A DNA stretch of 64,000 nucleotides from Iphione sp. A-MEVVRFRX5 (GCA_976226885.1 OZ320313.1:115320001-115384000); one strand, 5' to 3'; shown: positions 1-14,450, counted from the stretch's first letter. Notes: generated by a model from the letters alone, not told the origin. A program made the numbers and translations.

Positions 1-149
1 TTGTTTCAAATCTCTACTTATGTGCAACTCAAGAGTCACACTAACGAGGAAAAAAAAACCTTCAGAAATGCAAAAGATTTAGGTTGCCAGTACTCTATCC
101 AAATACACGAGCATACTATAACTGATCCAGACATACCAAACACCGGAAA

Positions 150-1450
150 GCCACATCTGAGGGAGACCTGACATCTGGATCAGAGCGCAAATAAACCAAC
201 AAAAGGACACCGACATGTTGACCACCAGTACAGGAAAAAAGCTGTGCAGCGCCCATTCTTTAAACATACCATATTTTCTCCATTTAACGTCGGGACGCCA
301 TTGTTTCGCAGTGGTCTCTCACATCCGCTCCTTGACTGGAAAAACTTCCATGGGTGACCTGGTTACAAATGACTTCAGTTTTATTTAGTATTTTCCCTCT
401 TTGCCAGTCACAGCCAATTTTGCGGTAGCTGATGAGTGACTTGCTCTCTCTCCCACCTCAATTTTAGCTCTATAGAGAACTGCTCACGAGGATAATAGCC
501 GGTCTGGCTCCTTCCATGTAAACGGTGCAGTATAGATTGAAGTACCACTCTTCTTTCACATGAAACGTGGAACAACGCATAGTACATTATCTTCCCCGTG
601 CTGTCTGACCGAAATCTAACAGTCCATTCACCAGTATGTGTACTTAGTACCGTACTTTTGCATATGTGTTTGTAAAACAACTAATGTATTAAGTTATTAA
701 GCAAGGCCAATCAATTCTTAAATCTTCAGGAAGCAGTACAAACAGTAAGAGAAGCAGTTATAATTTCAACGACTGAATTTAAACACCAAACGCCATTCTC
801 AGACGAGGCAAATAATTATTATACAGGGAAAAGGGGAAGATCTGGTTAAAGATGAACTATCAGGTAACTAGCCCATCGTCAAGGTAGAACACTGCATCCT
901 GTCAATTAGAGGATGAGAAACATTTGAAAACCAAGGCCATATGATTGCATTGAACGACTGAAGGGTTGTGTCTGGCTTATGTAGATAGAATCCACAGAGA
1001 GGAGCAAATGTCATGTTGAAATCTCGAGTCTTTTTCGACGTGTGTTTACATCTTGTGGATGGCATAAGCCAAACAAGTAGACAGATCCCTTTGTGTTACG
1101 TTCCAAACTTTGACAGCCGCCTTCTCATGAAGTCGCTTCTTACCCCTGCGCGGGTGGTTTTGTGAGAAAGTTAGACAAATAGGCTTCCCTCCCATGATGA
1201 CCGCTGTCATATATAGTCAAGACGGAGGAGACATGATCCCCACCAGACTACCTCTTTATGTCGAATACATAGTGACAGGAGGAAATTATCAAAGACACTG
1301 TTACCTCAACACTTTATTACTCTCCCTCCAATATAATCCTACCGGCTAAGAAAGTACGTACAGGAGAAACTAGAAGTCTGTCTGTCAAGCATGTGAGAGA
1401 GCGTCACAACCCATCCACATGTCTTCCCGAACGGTGCTACAGAAAACATG
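150..1450 (+). mobile_element. Decayed non-LTR retrotransposon RT, Rex1/Babar-like (CR1 group)
   Basis: Same-frame motifs LNFSSIEN (457; cf. DFSSAFN), VLSDRNLTV (598; cf. FL.DR.Q.V) and PVCVLSTVLL (631; cf. PQGCVLSPLLF), then LNLNTK (773) after a frameshift. Stops are interspersed. Confidence 0.55.
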
Positions 1451-2399
1451 TAGCTGTCTGATTTATAGCTTGTGTGTGACCGCGCGCTACTGACTTAGAG
1501 CATGACTGTCAGTGGCTCTTAATTAGACTTCCTATGCCCAACCAATTAGGCTTCCTATACCCGTCCAATAAGACGTGACAACTGGGTGGATATATATGAG
1601 ACGGGGACTCTGATGGTGTGTCAATCTTCACTAGTTACCATAATGTTTTTTTCGTAGTAAAAGCTTGCAGTACAGCTTCACATAAAATACTCGTTTCAAT
1701 GCTAACGATCACTAATTTATGCAGAGGTTTGTAGGAGCCTCCATATCGATCAGTCTCATGCAGACGCATATCCAGTGAATAAAAATTAGAAATGAGATTC
1801 GGTGACATTTTCTACAGGAAAGTGATACGGCGTGCCGCGCCCCAGAAATCAGGTGCAACTGTAGTGAAGACAGATGCCTTACCAATCAGGTATCATATTG
1901 TCCTTGGAAGTCCGTAATGAGTCCGCAAGTCACGTATTACCTTTCACATTTTTGCCTGGACATTCCCTTGATGTGACTAATAATTATGTCTTTGTTCGTG
2001 ACGAAATGCTGCTAACTGAACCAAACGACATGGAGAGGATAAAGAAAAATTCGTTCCAACCTCCTCATTCCCGTTGTCCTACAACTGCATGTGTGGATAA
2101 GAGGTTGAATACACATGTATGAAATAAACTAGTAGTGTTCATAGTTTACTCACATTGTCCTTCTGATTCATTGTAGGAGACATTGTGCCATTGTCAAGAA
2201 TGACGAACTACTATGCCTGAGACATTTTGCTGTTAATTTGGTCCTTTGCGAAACCGACACCGCATTAAAATAAAGAGAGCTCATTTGAAACATGCAGAAA
2301 AGGTAGTGAGGCATGCTATCACTCAGTCACTGCATCATAACTATCTAGCTCCACATATTATGCCGCAATAAGCATAATAAACTCTTTTCAAATGTGGAG

Positions 2400-2700
2400 A
2401 CTAATTGCCTACTGGCAATGTACATGTACTTTGGTGGTCTCTAAATCTAGTGGCTTCAAATGGTTATCATTAAAACTTTATTTATCTGGAAACACTATAC
2501 ATAATACACTATACCATCACGTTGGTCAATTTATACCCAGTTACACTGTGGAACACCAGGAATGTAATATACAGTGAGCCTGTTGATATTGATGAGGTTG
2601 GGCATACACATATCTACAGTAGGGAATCACAAAAAATATTATAGCTCATGATTGAGACGGAGAAAGAACTTACATTACTTAGATACTATGAATGTCTTGT
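2400..2700 (+). mobile_element. LINE RT relic (domains 3-5)
   Basis: FKWLSLKLYLSGN (cf. L.W..SYLS.R), then CGTPG (about 2547; cf. CGVPQG) in another frame. Confidence 0.33.
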
Positions 2701-5099
2701 AATAGGTGAATAATAACTGACCATTACTATTAATTGATACATGTATCTGTTTTAATCATGCATCCTCATGCAACAAAAAATAGGCGTGTTTCTGGTTATC
2801 CAGCCATAAACCTAGGCAGGCAGGGGGGTTATACTTTTTTAAGATGTTTTTTTTCACTTTCTTCCTCTGGTTGTCAATAATAATAAGGACCTAATAAAGA
2901 ATTTTGATCAATTTGCATGCGTTTGTAGAGTTTTTTTTTACTGAATTTCTATGAATTTTGTTGTTTTTCTACTGCTTTTACCAAAAACATGTGCTGTGAA
3001 AACACATATCTAAGGAAATTCAACCTTGGAAACTCTTTGTGGCTCAAAATTCTTTAGTTAGGGTGAGGTTTCACTAGGTAGGAGTGGGTAACCAGAAACA
3101 CAACTATTTTTTGTCCTAATTAAGTGACAGTCTATACAACTGAACAGTAACATGATTTATGAAAATCTGTTCTGTTTCTAGTAGGCACATGTCTATGGAA
3201 AAGATTCAACTGGATGTCAATACTCCACATGAGAGATACAAAATGTATTCCAAAGGTTCCATTGACACATATGCAATACCCCATGGGAATGGTCCAGGGG
3301 TCTGATGTTAAGTTTTCGAATTCTATGTGTTAATATTATAGGGATTCTTGCTGTTTCTGAATGGATTTCTTTTTATGATATACGCAGGTCATTTCTATAG
3401 AAATAAGGCTCGGTTTCTAAACTTCGGCCATTTTAGAAAAGAATGATATAAAACAGAGATAATTTAGACATTAAGGCTCTACTGTATACGTAAAAATTAT
3501 ATATGAAATAAGATTTATTGCATCTATATGTGAAGATTCTATCCTTGCCTTGTTCCCTTCTCATTATATCTTTTTGGATTGTCACACCAGTGTCTCTGGC
3601 ATTTGATTCACGCACAGTTGCTTTCGGGGACAGTCTAGGAAACTTTAGGAGGACACGTAAGTCCTATTATAGACCATTTGCTCTGTGAAGACCATTGTTT
3701 TGGGCTGCTACGTATGGTCCTAAACCTTGCTATAAGCTAGACATGGACTACTTTGATTAGGGTCTATGGAAAATGGTCCCATTTATGATACAGTCATACA
3801 GATGGGCAAATAGAAGAAATATGTTATCATGTATACTGTAATCAATCTATATAGGTGGGAATATTTCATCAAAACATACACATACCTGAGAAATCCATAG
3901 ACGTGAATGATATAGTAAATATTCGACAGTATGTTGCATTGAACTCAGTTTTATCAGGAAGCCTCAATGCGACACATTTATGAAAGGAATTTCACATGCA
4001 ATAAATAACAATAGAGATGTTAATATCATGTCTACAGATTTGAAATTTCCAGAAAACTTCGGCACTCTAAACAGTTTAGTTCAGTATTTAGTTTGAACCA
4101 CTATTTGTCTAGCATCCTTTATGCATATTAGTGTGTTTATAGAATTTACAAATATATGGGCTAATAGAAGTGTTCAGATAAACATGTTTATAGGCCTATA
4201 ACATTTTTAAAGTGCTGTAATAATGTGAGTGACAGTTTTCATACCCTGAAAATTCCTGCAGTATAGAAGGTCCATAGCCTGAAAGTAATGGGTTTATCGG
4301 GTACAAAGAGGTCATTGAGTACATGTTAAATGGACAGTGTATCAGTGCCATAGCCCACAATTCTGGGTCACATTATCATGGAAAATTCCACTCCTCTTTT
4401 GTTCAGACTATGGTCACTCTGTCCCCACTTTTGGCTAATCTATAGGTCTTTCGCCTCCCTTATTTGGCATCAGCTATACTAATTGGTTAACTTAATTACT
4501 ATTCCATAAAGTATTACTTTATAGAAAATATGTAGCTCTGAGCAGATTGATTGAAATCATTCCATAACTGTATATATTTATTGTATCTTCATGAGAAGCT
4601 GTGATCTGATTAGCTAAGTGAATGAGTGAGACAACTTGATTGGCTGATACTGTTGTCTAAGAGACCAGAGGAAAGGGGATCTAGCCGAGGAATAAACAGT
4701 TTAAAACTGGAATCTGGTGTGTTCACATCTTTATTTTTCCATGCAATAGTGTTTACAGGATAAGATCAATGATTTTGAGATGAATATTGGTTGATGCAGG
4801 TGCTACAATTAACACCAGCATATTATCCCAGTTTTGCACAGTGTTAATATAACCTCCGTATCAGATCCTTGGTATCAACATATTAACATGTCAATATGAG
4901 ACTAATTATATACAGTGTGATTGATATGTGTTTCATCTGGGAAATAGTCGACCAGTAACTGCTCCGTACATGTATTTGTATTCTTAAATATAGAACACCA
5001 GGTCTCACACTAGACTCAAATCATTGGTATTACTATGAATAAGTTTTCTGTATATAATCCTTGGACAACTAGTAATTATATGCCATGAGTCTTTCTTTG

Positions 5100-6750
5100 T
5101 AGGTCAACATCTACGCATCATATCGTGAATCCAGCCCTTTCTCAGTAGCAAATGAATTAATTCAGATTTCTTCCATTATTGATGCACATTCCATTATCCA
5201 TAGTAAACAGTGCGGGAATAGTTTGGTCCATGAATCAGGACGAAAATTAACTGCTATATTACAAGAGCCAGAAAACATCTGACTCTTCTACAAGGTTAGT
5301 GTCACTACACTGACTTCATTTGTATTTGTTGCTGAACCGACGTGCACATTTCTGATCTATTTAAATGGATATGCCTACAAATTTAATAGGTGTGCTTTGG
5401 CTGAGGAAATGTATGTACTCATTTTACATATGCCATGCACCTACCCTCTGTGGCCAACCAGGTTGGCATTTTCTATGATAAAAAGTGACACTAAGATGGC
5501 AAAAAAAGTATTTACAGGATGAACCTGGTCAATGTAAATGTCGACCACAATAGCGTGACTCATACCGCTGACAAGGAGCACTGAGAAAATCTTAGAACAA
5601 TGTCTTAACTGGCGAAAACAGAGGCAGTGGTGTCCATCTGGTTGTTCTCTCCTTGATCGTTCTGGGCCTGGAATAATCAACATCTATCCTTGATAATCTC
5701 CTTTTCGAGATCAGTGTCTCCGAGCGCATTTGTAAGTAAGCGCTATATATTCCCCTCGGAGCTGGGGATTATGATAATCGTCGAATCCTCCAATGTGATT
5801 CGCAGCGACACCATAGTTAAGGAAAGGCCTCTAGCTAAGAGCTATAACGTACAGACGCCTTTGCTGGAGATGTAAGAGCTGTTGGGGGGCTGAATTGTTT
5901 CACGGGGCTAAGATTGTAGGAGACTATTAACTGCTGATATTTCCATATGACTAAGATATGATCTTAGGCCGCTATGAGGATATAGTAGGAAATCTTTTGT
6001 CACACACCCTCCTTTCCACATTCTTGCCAAAGCCTCCTTTCAGAGACTATATATACTTGGTATGCTCTCATTTGCAGCTGCTCTTACACGTATCATCATA
6101 GCGGGAAGCAAGCGGGTTAAATTAAATCGTACAGGTTGCAATGAGAATTACCGCAATTATCCGCTTCTAATGGCTTCTTTTAGTGTTTAAGTCTGCCGGT
6201 CTTTTTATATATGATTGGCTCGAGGTTGAGGTAAAGCTTTCTACGAAAGGCTTGCTTGTACTTCAGAATCACTTTCAATACAGTCTGTAAACTGCGTCAT
6301 AAATATTAAAGCGCTCTTCGACAGTGATCTGGTCCCGACTATTGTGACTGGGGACAGTCTGAAATATAAGCCTTTAATCTGGCATTAAATGTGTGCTCGG
6401 CTAGGTGATCGCCCACTGGATACATTTGCAGTTTCAAACTAGTCTGTGATATTGAAGGCCGAATCCTATTGGGATGATTTGTGGGCACCCACAGTTAATC
6501 CCTGAAATGTCCATCTATCCAACTAGTGTTAAGTTTATTTAAATCTTTCAAGAATAATAGAGACTTTTTCTCCTTTCCCCTGTTGATGGTACTGTTGAGG
6601 AGTACTTCATGCTAGTCTCAGTGTACACGTTCATGTCACCGATAAGGTTGCATCCCTAATTATGATGGGCAAGAGTTTTGGTGACGTTTGTTGCCCCCAG
6701 GGTTTACTCTCCGTTCATTGGTCTTGAGGGCTCTTTACATGCAAAACATG
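5100..6750 (-). mobile_element. Decayed APE-endonuclease LINE
   Basis: IGDMN (6629-6643; cf. GDFN), VPT and GDHL (6405-6413; cf. SDH) in the correct order. Weak RT-like FRQL..CSKIF further left at about 5590. Confidence 0.38.
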
Positions 6751-8139
6751 CAAGAACCCGTAGTCTGAAGGCTGAAACATTCCATTTTGCGTGCTGAAAC
6801 ATCAGCACCAGCCAAGCAATAATCCTCTGGTTGATTATGTAAAATAATCATGAATTAGGTATAATTGCAAGAGTGACATTGGATAAATAGTATGTTCATA
6901 TAAATGTAGCATAGACCAACTGACAGCAAAACATTGCGGAACTGTAATACACGATAATAAAATGTAGCCTTCTGACCGCCCCCCCCCCAAAAAAAAAAAA
7001 ACCAAATAAAATAACAAATAAAAGCGATCAGAAAAATGGTGCGAGACGAGTCGCGTCTACAAAGACTCAGACGAACATGTAGAATAATACGTTTACTTGG
7101 AGGACTATAAGCGTCAACCTGTCTCCTTCATCATGCTCTTGCCACTCTAGTCCAGGCAACCTTGAAGACAGCCAACTCATTTCGAAGTGTTGTCAGCCAG
7201 ACTGCGCATTATCATAAGAAAGCCTTCAATCTGACAACTGGTGCAGAGGAGGAACTTGTTCCGTGTCTTCCATCCATCATAACAAGCCCAAAGGCATTTA
7301 CTAAATTGTGTAAGCTGAATAAGAAAAAACACAACGCTGCGATGACAGGAGGATGCCGAGGAGGCTTGTAGATTCGCCACAATAAATGTTTCAGGGTGAC
7401 GGCAAATATTGCCTTGAGCTGCTTTGTTGAAGGGGCTACCTAAGATATGGCTGACGGATGCCTGGCGAGGTTACAGTAATCTGCATTGAAACGATTTAAA
7501 TCCTACCCCCGCGAAAGTCATATGAGCCTCTTTGGAATGCCGATAATAAATTTGTAAGTCTTTCATTGTTTTCAACCGAGATATCTAGCGGCCAAGGAAA
7601 CTACAATGAACTTTATACAAAAAAAGTCTTTTAATAAATCATATTTATGTATTTCTTCTATCATTCTCGACCTGCTATTCTAATAGGGGCGACTATTTCA
7701 TATTGGAAATTTTGTTATGCGACAGTAAAAGCAGAATAATCACCATAACAGGCAACGAACCAATTGATAAAATAAAAGTCAAATCTGCCTCACGATACAT
7801 CACCGCACTGACAGAAGGGGTTGTAGAACGGTCGGCGGGTTGAGCTGCAATTATTTCGCCTCTTGAAATAAGCCAATTTGCACATGGTGATTAGCTACCG
7901 AATTCATCGGCGCGGCGGTGAAAATGTGGCAAAGTTGAAGTGTCAGCACAAGACGGTAATCATGCCATCGTCACGGCTGCACCCTCCCATCGCTTCCCAT
8001 ACAGAGAGGAGGGCCTCTGAGATGGTATAGATAAAGTTGAAAGTGGACCATCACTTAACTGAGCAACGGGGCAAGAAGGTGTAGGGGCAGAAGATGAAGA
8101 ACGCAACTGCTAGAGAACGGGATAGGTTAGTAGTTTAGT

Positions 8140-8143
<4 letters not shown>

Positions 8144-8170
<27 letters not shown>
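8144..8170. repeat. (GA)n microsatellite
   Basis: About 13 GA units read directly. Confidence 0.95.
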
Positions 8171-8174
<4 letters not shown>

Positions 8175-8399
8175 CAGAGAAAATGATAACGAGCAGAAGA
8201 GAGAACAATAGCGAGTAGGAGAGTTAGGTGAGGAAGGTATCTTAAATGTTACTTTATACTCTAAATTTGATATGTTTGGCCCAAGGTTATATGCTCTACT
8301 CTCAACGTTATTAATTACTGATGGCTAGCTCTGCCTAGTTCAATCAGAATCTATATTCCCCTAGTGCATATTCATAAGAGTGGCATTGGGCACGGCTTG

Positions 8400-8780
8400 T
8401 TTGACCTTCCCCTGCTGGCATTTCGGTCACGTGATTGCAAATTTCTATCCAACTGCTCCCCGTTGTCGCTTGCGTCCTGACTAGCGTTCATCAAATGAAG
8501 ATATATCACAACCCCTTGACCACAATGAGAAATTCTTCCACCATGACGTATTACTTGAAACGATATAGATTCGACAGCCTTTTCGACGTCGTAGTCGAGC
8601 CATTCCTGTTGGTAGGAAGTATTGTTAAGCAGACTTGACCAACAGTGTGCCACGTATGGCGTTAATTTAGCTTCAGCAATCGATGCGGAATCTCTGTAGA
8701 CATATGCATTATACATGACAGTGTGCAACAGCCCTATCATTGCAGAATATTTTATGACGAGGCTGTCCATTCCCATTTGC
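8400..8780 (-). mobile_element. LINE RT relic (domains 1-4)
   Basis: ORF 8372-8776 contains IGLLHTVMYNAY (cf. PI.LL.T.YK), WLDYDVEKAVESI (cf. LD.EKAFDS) and CGQGVV (cf. G..QG) in order, with compressed spacing. Confidence 0.35.
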
Positions 8781-8804
8781 AGGTAACAATCCTAGTACCA
8801 AAGG

Positions 8805-8823
8805 ATATATATATATATATATA
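8805..8823. repeat. (AT)n microsatellite
   Basis: About 9 AT units read directly. Confidence 0.9.
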
Positions 8824-9479
8824 CATAAATATGTATATACCGAAATAATTAGGTTGTGATAGGTTATTCAATGCAAAAAATGCGAAAGAAATATGAAATA
8901 TTTTGAACCGTTTTATCGGCATATACATTTTATAGCAGTGCGGAACACAGATATATGGGGCATCTGGCTCTTCAGGCTTTGCTTTTAAAAGTCATATAGG
9001 AAAGAATCTGCCAAGCCTCTGTGGCATACCAATCTTCACATTGATATGCTTGCGTTCCAACAGACACTTCACTGGTGTGAAAAATAAGCAAATTCATTCA
9101 GCATTGGAGTGACCTCAAATATTGCTCGCCGATGCACCCAAAGAAGAATCACGTTTTTGAATTTCGGCACGAAATGGCCAACCATGAAATCCCTTTGAAG
9201 TGGTGTGCAATGAATCCATGCTGATTAAGTTTTTTTCATTCAATTTGGTATTTTTCTTAATTGAATGTAAAGGTGCGCATAAGAAAATGTAGGCCCTACT
9301 TTCCTTATAAAAATTGTAAAACCATATACGCAATTGGCAATTCACACGTGGTTGAAACAAAGGGGTACTTTCAAATAGGATTAGTAACATAGGTCACTAT
9401 TAACACCAAAGCCTGAAACTCTTCCAACCCTCAATTGTATTGGCCCATTATGCCAAGTCCATTATTGACAAAGACTTTT

Positions 9480-10200
9480 ACCTCCCGTAGAGAATCGGCA
9501 GTACTCCTTGCTAACCTTTCGGACGATTAGCCGGACTGACTTAGTGAGCCAAAGTATCCTACACTCAGCAAACAATATCGCTTCAAATCGCTGCAAAGTA
9601 GAGGCTACGGATACGGGTTGGGGATTTCAGTACTGCCTTGGAGTTAGCGTAAATAAGTATTTAGCGGGGAGAAGTCGCTCCATCCTGGCTAAATAATGAA
9701 CACACAGAACCATGATTGGAGCACAGAATAGGCGAGAGGTTCTCGACGCCTCCCATTGAGCAAGTCACGCAAGGAGACGAAGTCTCATTCCTTCGGTAAA
9801 TATTTAAGTTGCCAAGCACGTGTGCAACAGCGTCAGAACCAGGGATAAATTTACCGTGCCCTTGTTGCTTGCTTTTCAATAAAAATGGTATAGGAAAGTG
9901 GTTAACATTCTTCTCAGCTTCTTGGTGCTCAATAGTTAATTCCACCTGAATTGGATGAGACTGGATCATATCGCTCAATGGCGTGCGCTTCTAAAATCAC
10001 AGAATCACGTGTAATTACTGAAGCTGGCTGTATCATTGCTAACTCGCCTGAATGTACAGTGCATGCTTGATATGAATTCCTTATTAGAACGTATGGTAGG
10101 TGAAGCAAAGTTAAACAAAAACTGACGACACTGGTTTAACATTATGGCATATACAAGTGATAAAGGGACAGGAGATACTCGCAGACCGGGTCTCCTTAGT
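9480..10200 (+). mobile_element. LINE RT relic
   Basis: FRTISRTDLVS (cf. YRPISLTS.VS), QYRFKS (cf. QYGFR), DFSTALE (cf. DFSKAFD), QVTQGD (cf. GV.QGD) and CLLFNK (cf. LFADD) in order across frameshifts. Confidence 0.45.
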
Positions 10201-11749
10201 AATCCCCATGATAACAAGCGCCCTGGCAATGGTCAGCGACGCCGACTGCAAACCGCTGCCATGCACTGGCCACAGAACCGTAAATCCAATGACGCCCAGG
10301 CCTAATTTAATGGGAATTGCTTTAATAGCCTGCCTCACTTCCCAAAAATGCCATTAAGGTGAGCGTATCTGCAAGCCAACTCAATCAGAGGCCTTCTGTG
10401 GCCCCTTGTAGCGAAGATTGAGTGCCCCTAGTGGTTATGGTGCCAAATGTAATGCATTTTTCCGGTGAGCCATGATCGCCATACATCCTTGGCTTAAGAG
10501 GGGGGTCCCAAGCCCACCCGACGTTTTGCACCTTCAGTCATTCTATCCAGGCTGAAGACTTTCCTCTCGATGGTAGCGCCTTCGTCCCTTGGGGGTTCTG
10601 CTTCAAAGACGAGCCTCTGGGAGGTGTAAGCCGACGACGATAGACGCGTTAGGGTCCTGCCAAAAGGTAGCCTCGTGGTAAATCGAATGTAGCTCTCAAT
10701 ATTGGAAGGAGATTATATTTCACTTCATCACGGCAGAAATATCAGCAAGCAGTCGCCTCTGGTCACCAGGCGCCATATTATTATTGACGTGCACTAATGA
10801 ACAATGACTGTGATATGAGACATTTTTTTTTATAAAGCCTTATCTATGCAGTTAGCTCCTTTCGTGTATATACAAAAATCTCTACAGTTGATGAGTCGGA
10901 ATGCTAGTCACGGGAGTCTGACTGATGCAATATCATTACGTTGGATCTGCCATTCAACTGCTGGAACGAGGAGTGGAAGATCCTGAGACAAGACGATGGA
11001 TAGAACTGAAGGTCCTGAGATGAGATGTACTGTCACTTAGGCAGCGGGTGCGTCGTGCCCGACCTGGCTAGGGGCTGCAGGGCCGGTATCCTGCACAGAC
11101 AGGGGGCTAAGGCACGGAAACCTCTTTGATCCTGAATGTATTGGTATGTTTTGCCCGCAAGGATCCCCAAGGCCACTGTGGCAGGGACATCAGTGTACAT
11201 TCTACGACAAGAGGAGGGAGCACGGGAGGGTGATTAGTTCTGGCAAGCGTTTGATGGAACCCAAAAGGACCCCTGACCCACAGACCCTCTCAATCTGTGC
11301 TGCGCTAAAAGGAAAGGAAGCCGCCACATCGCATTATTCAGAGAACCCATCGCTACAGGTTGTAGCCATGCCATTTGTACATGATGGGGTCGCTGCATAA
11401 ATACACAGCTTTGATAAATTCACCGAAAGGAAATCCTATTCGCATACTGTCAGCGTTTTCTGAAATTGCAGATATTATATTTATGCAAATTCGTTTCCCA
11501 TCCCAAGCAAATTACAACTGAGATCAAACATTTAAATATTTGCGTATTTGTCTCATACTATCCCTTTTTTCTGCGGGTTGTATCCTGTCGGTAGCAACAT
11601 GGCTGTCAGGATGTACACTACATACAGGTATTCATAATCCATAATGTACACATATACACATGTTCATGTAATATTAGTACAATTTTATGGTGAGTGTTAT
11701 CGATTGGTGTCTGCACTCACCATGGGTTGGAGGAACTCGCTATTGGTTA

Positions 11750-12740
11750 ATCAAGGCCTTCGAAAATCCAGAAGACTGTTTATCACACCTATAGAACAAT
11801 TCGGACAATGATATTAATTCTTACTTCTCAGTTCAATATGCCAGCTTCTTAATCTTCATTTAAGGAGCCCTAAGCATATTGCCACATGAAAATGAACCGA
11901 ACGGAATATCCGTAAGGCCCCAGATGCAAGAACGATAACGGCCTTTCATCCGGCAACCACAACGCTTCCAGGCGCAAATCACAGCGTTGGTCCGAAATGT
12001 AGCCAGTGCCTGCGGCTTGGAAACGGACGGCACGCCGCGAGGCGGGCAGGAACAGCAGATTGCGCTAGTTTCATCTCAGCTTTCATATTGCTATGCCGCC
12101 AGCTAATCCTATTCCTGCACATGACAAGCGCTGCTAAGAAGGTCGGATCATTGCAGACCGTGGAAGCCTGCAGGCGACCTCCCTACTCCCCGACACCCCA
12201 ACGTAGTTTCTTCTCCCAAGTACCCACGCCATTTCTGCCATGCTACAGGCCAGTTTCCACCTGGTAACGGTATCAAAAACATAATGTACGCAAAGGGTTG
12301 GTGGATACCGCCTACTGCCTGCAGCTGCTTCTGGAGAGCGGGAAGAGTGCAGAAGCGAAAGGCCATCAGAGGGTCATATTTGGTCGTCCTTCGCCATATC
12401 TGCTTTTCCATTACCCAGTAGGAAGCGGCCACCAAAGACAGGCCAGCAACAGCAAGAAAGGTGTCCCAAACGAAAGACCGCCTGGTAGCCGACCTTCTTA
12501 TGGCCCTCAGGCATAAGGCCATGCATGCCGCCAACCCGCACCAAGCGGAAAATCAGGATTGCGATGAAAGAGGAGGGCCAATGGCTGACCGTCTACATCC
12601 ATACAGTGGCGACATCTCTTGAGCGAATGGTGGAAGGACAGCTGCAGGGTAGAAACTCTCACAGGGCAGGGGTCGACCGGGTTCCGTCGGTGATGGATCA
12701 GCGGAAGGAGGTTGTTCACATTGAAATAGACATGCTACTT
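11750..12740 (-). mobile_element. CR1/L2-group LINE RT relic
   Basis: PVDPCPVR..LKRC, PLALLFHR...WRHA (cf. PL..LFN.S...WK.A), VMEKQI, VFDTVTRWKL (cf. AFDTV.H..L), WVLGRRNYV (cf. WL.GR.Q.V) and ICLG in order. Confidence 0.55.
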
Positions 12741-13799
12741 TAAACAGGAGCTGCTCCCCTCTGTCCTTTGTCGCCCTTTAGTACGTTACGAATAGACCAG
12801 TAGCCCAGTCTTTCTTCTTTTCGTACCGCAAGGCTAAGTCATCAACAGTCCCAGCGAAAAGAAAGGAACTACCGAAATACAGATAATAATAACTAGAAGC
12901 AGACGGTCTCTCTTCCTAGAGAGATGATGGAGATAATTTCTAAAATAACACGCTGCAATAAAACGACGGCATCACCTTTTATGTATATTAAGTCGCATAA
13001 AGTAACGTCTAGTGTTACTGTATTAAGTCGTCAAACACGAATGGATTGCATTACATGATTTGCCTATCCAGCTTCAGAAAGTTGGCAACCCGATTGATGG
13101 ACCTCATCAATCTGGCCGAAAGGCCTATTATCAACCTTCTTCCTGTAAATGGCGTCAATTTTGCCTTGACTATAAGGAGATACAGAAGAAAGCTACGGAC
13201 TACGCGATTGCCAGTCACTGAGTCGCAAAGGGAATGAGAGTGGGGCCATTTGCACACTGACATTCATTAGGTCCACATAAATCCAATGGCATGCACTCAA
13301 TCGTCGAGCCTGTGGACCGTGATGATGACAGCACATCTACCTCCCTGTCTCTCCGCCCCGTTATGAGCAGCCCCTCCCCTACCCCTTGCAGATCACGTGG
13401 TACAAGCTAAGGGGGTGGGGTGAGTGGGGCTATATAATTGAGTCCTGCGCTGGGGCGGCGGTCCGTGCCGACAGCCCGGTGCCTGTCGGCGAGCACCGCT
13501 ACCGGAATTAGTCCTTCCGGCGACGGTGACTGCATGCGCCCGACCCGCAGCGGTTTGCTATGATACAGCTGACCCGGCGTCGTATTGACCCGTCCTGACG
13601 CATCGCGACGCGTGGAAATAGCTGCCCTTTTCGCCGGGACACTGAGGGATGACATCCTCCGTCCTGAGCTAGAAGACGCACTGAAGGAAAAGGCCATCTT
13701 CCGCTGACGGGGCCGCTTGTTTACTTGGCTAGCAGCGACGATGGAAACCATCTTCGCGAAAGAATGGCTTTTTGATATGTCGGAGCGAATCTATTCATG

Positions 13800-14450
13800 C
13801 ACAGATCATTTTCATTTCCCGCAGACCGGTATTATCATACCTTACTGTTCACTACTCAATAACCATTAAAATGGGCATATTCCCCTCTGGCGGCATTTTC
13901 TCATCTCGATGTTATCTTTTTGCAGTTACTTCCATACTCTCAATATACATTTACCGACCCTGCTATAACATAATTTTGAGCAAAGGATGTTATCAGAATG
14001 GTGAGCTTTTTATCCTAATGGCCTTGGGTGACGGATAAAGTAAGAGACATTATGGCGTATATATCAACCCGGTTTATTGCTGTTGATCCTACAAACTATA
14101 TAAATGACTCCTGAAACTAGCTTTTCTAACTGCCAGTTAAAAAGTCACACTCAATCAAGCTGCGCGTAGATACTCTTTTTTCAATTAAGGCCCAGTCCTT
14201 ATGACCTTGTTCTTTGCCCAAATCATTTATAAATGACCTAGTCTTTCTGGAGCAGTGAGGTTTGTTCCTGGACGTTAGTCGTGAATTCCCTCAACATTAC
14301 GCGATAATCACCCCGACAGCTGACAGGCGGCCTACATGGGACGTTGGGTGGTAATTACACTGTGGTACAAACTTGGCCGACAACTGTCCAGACACGAGTC
14401 GATAGGGCCTTATGGCGTTTTAATAGAACGGCCGCGCTTATCCTTTATAC
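13800..14450 (+). mobile_element. CR1/L2-group LINE RT relic
   Basis: SITIKMGIFPS (cf. S...GIFP), YRPCYNIILSK (cf. YRPIS.L..LSK), PKSFINDL (cf. LF..FINDL) and HYA (cf. YADD) in order. Confidence 0.55.

Noticed and set aside
570-640. CUB-like TVRFRSDS in the minus-strand ORF 408-680
   Set aside because: It is antisense to well-ordered Rex1-like RT motifs and no CUB cysteines are present.
7100-7400. DIRS/LTR RT-like LPSIITSPKAFTKL and HKKAFNL
   Set aside because: The spacing is too short for either class and no YxDD follows, so it could not be assigned.
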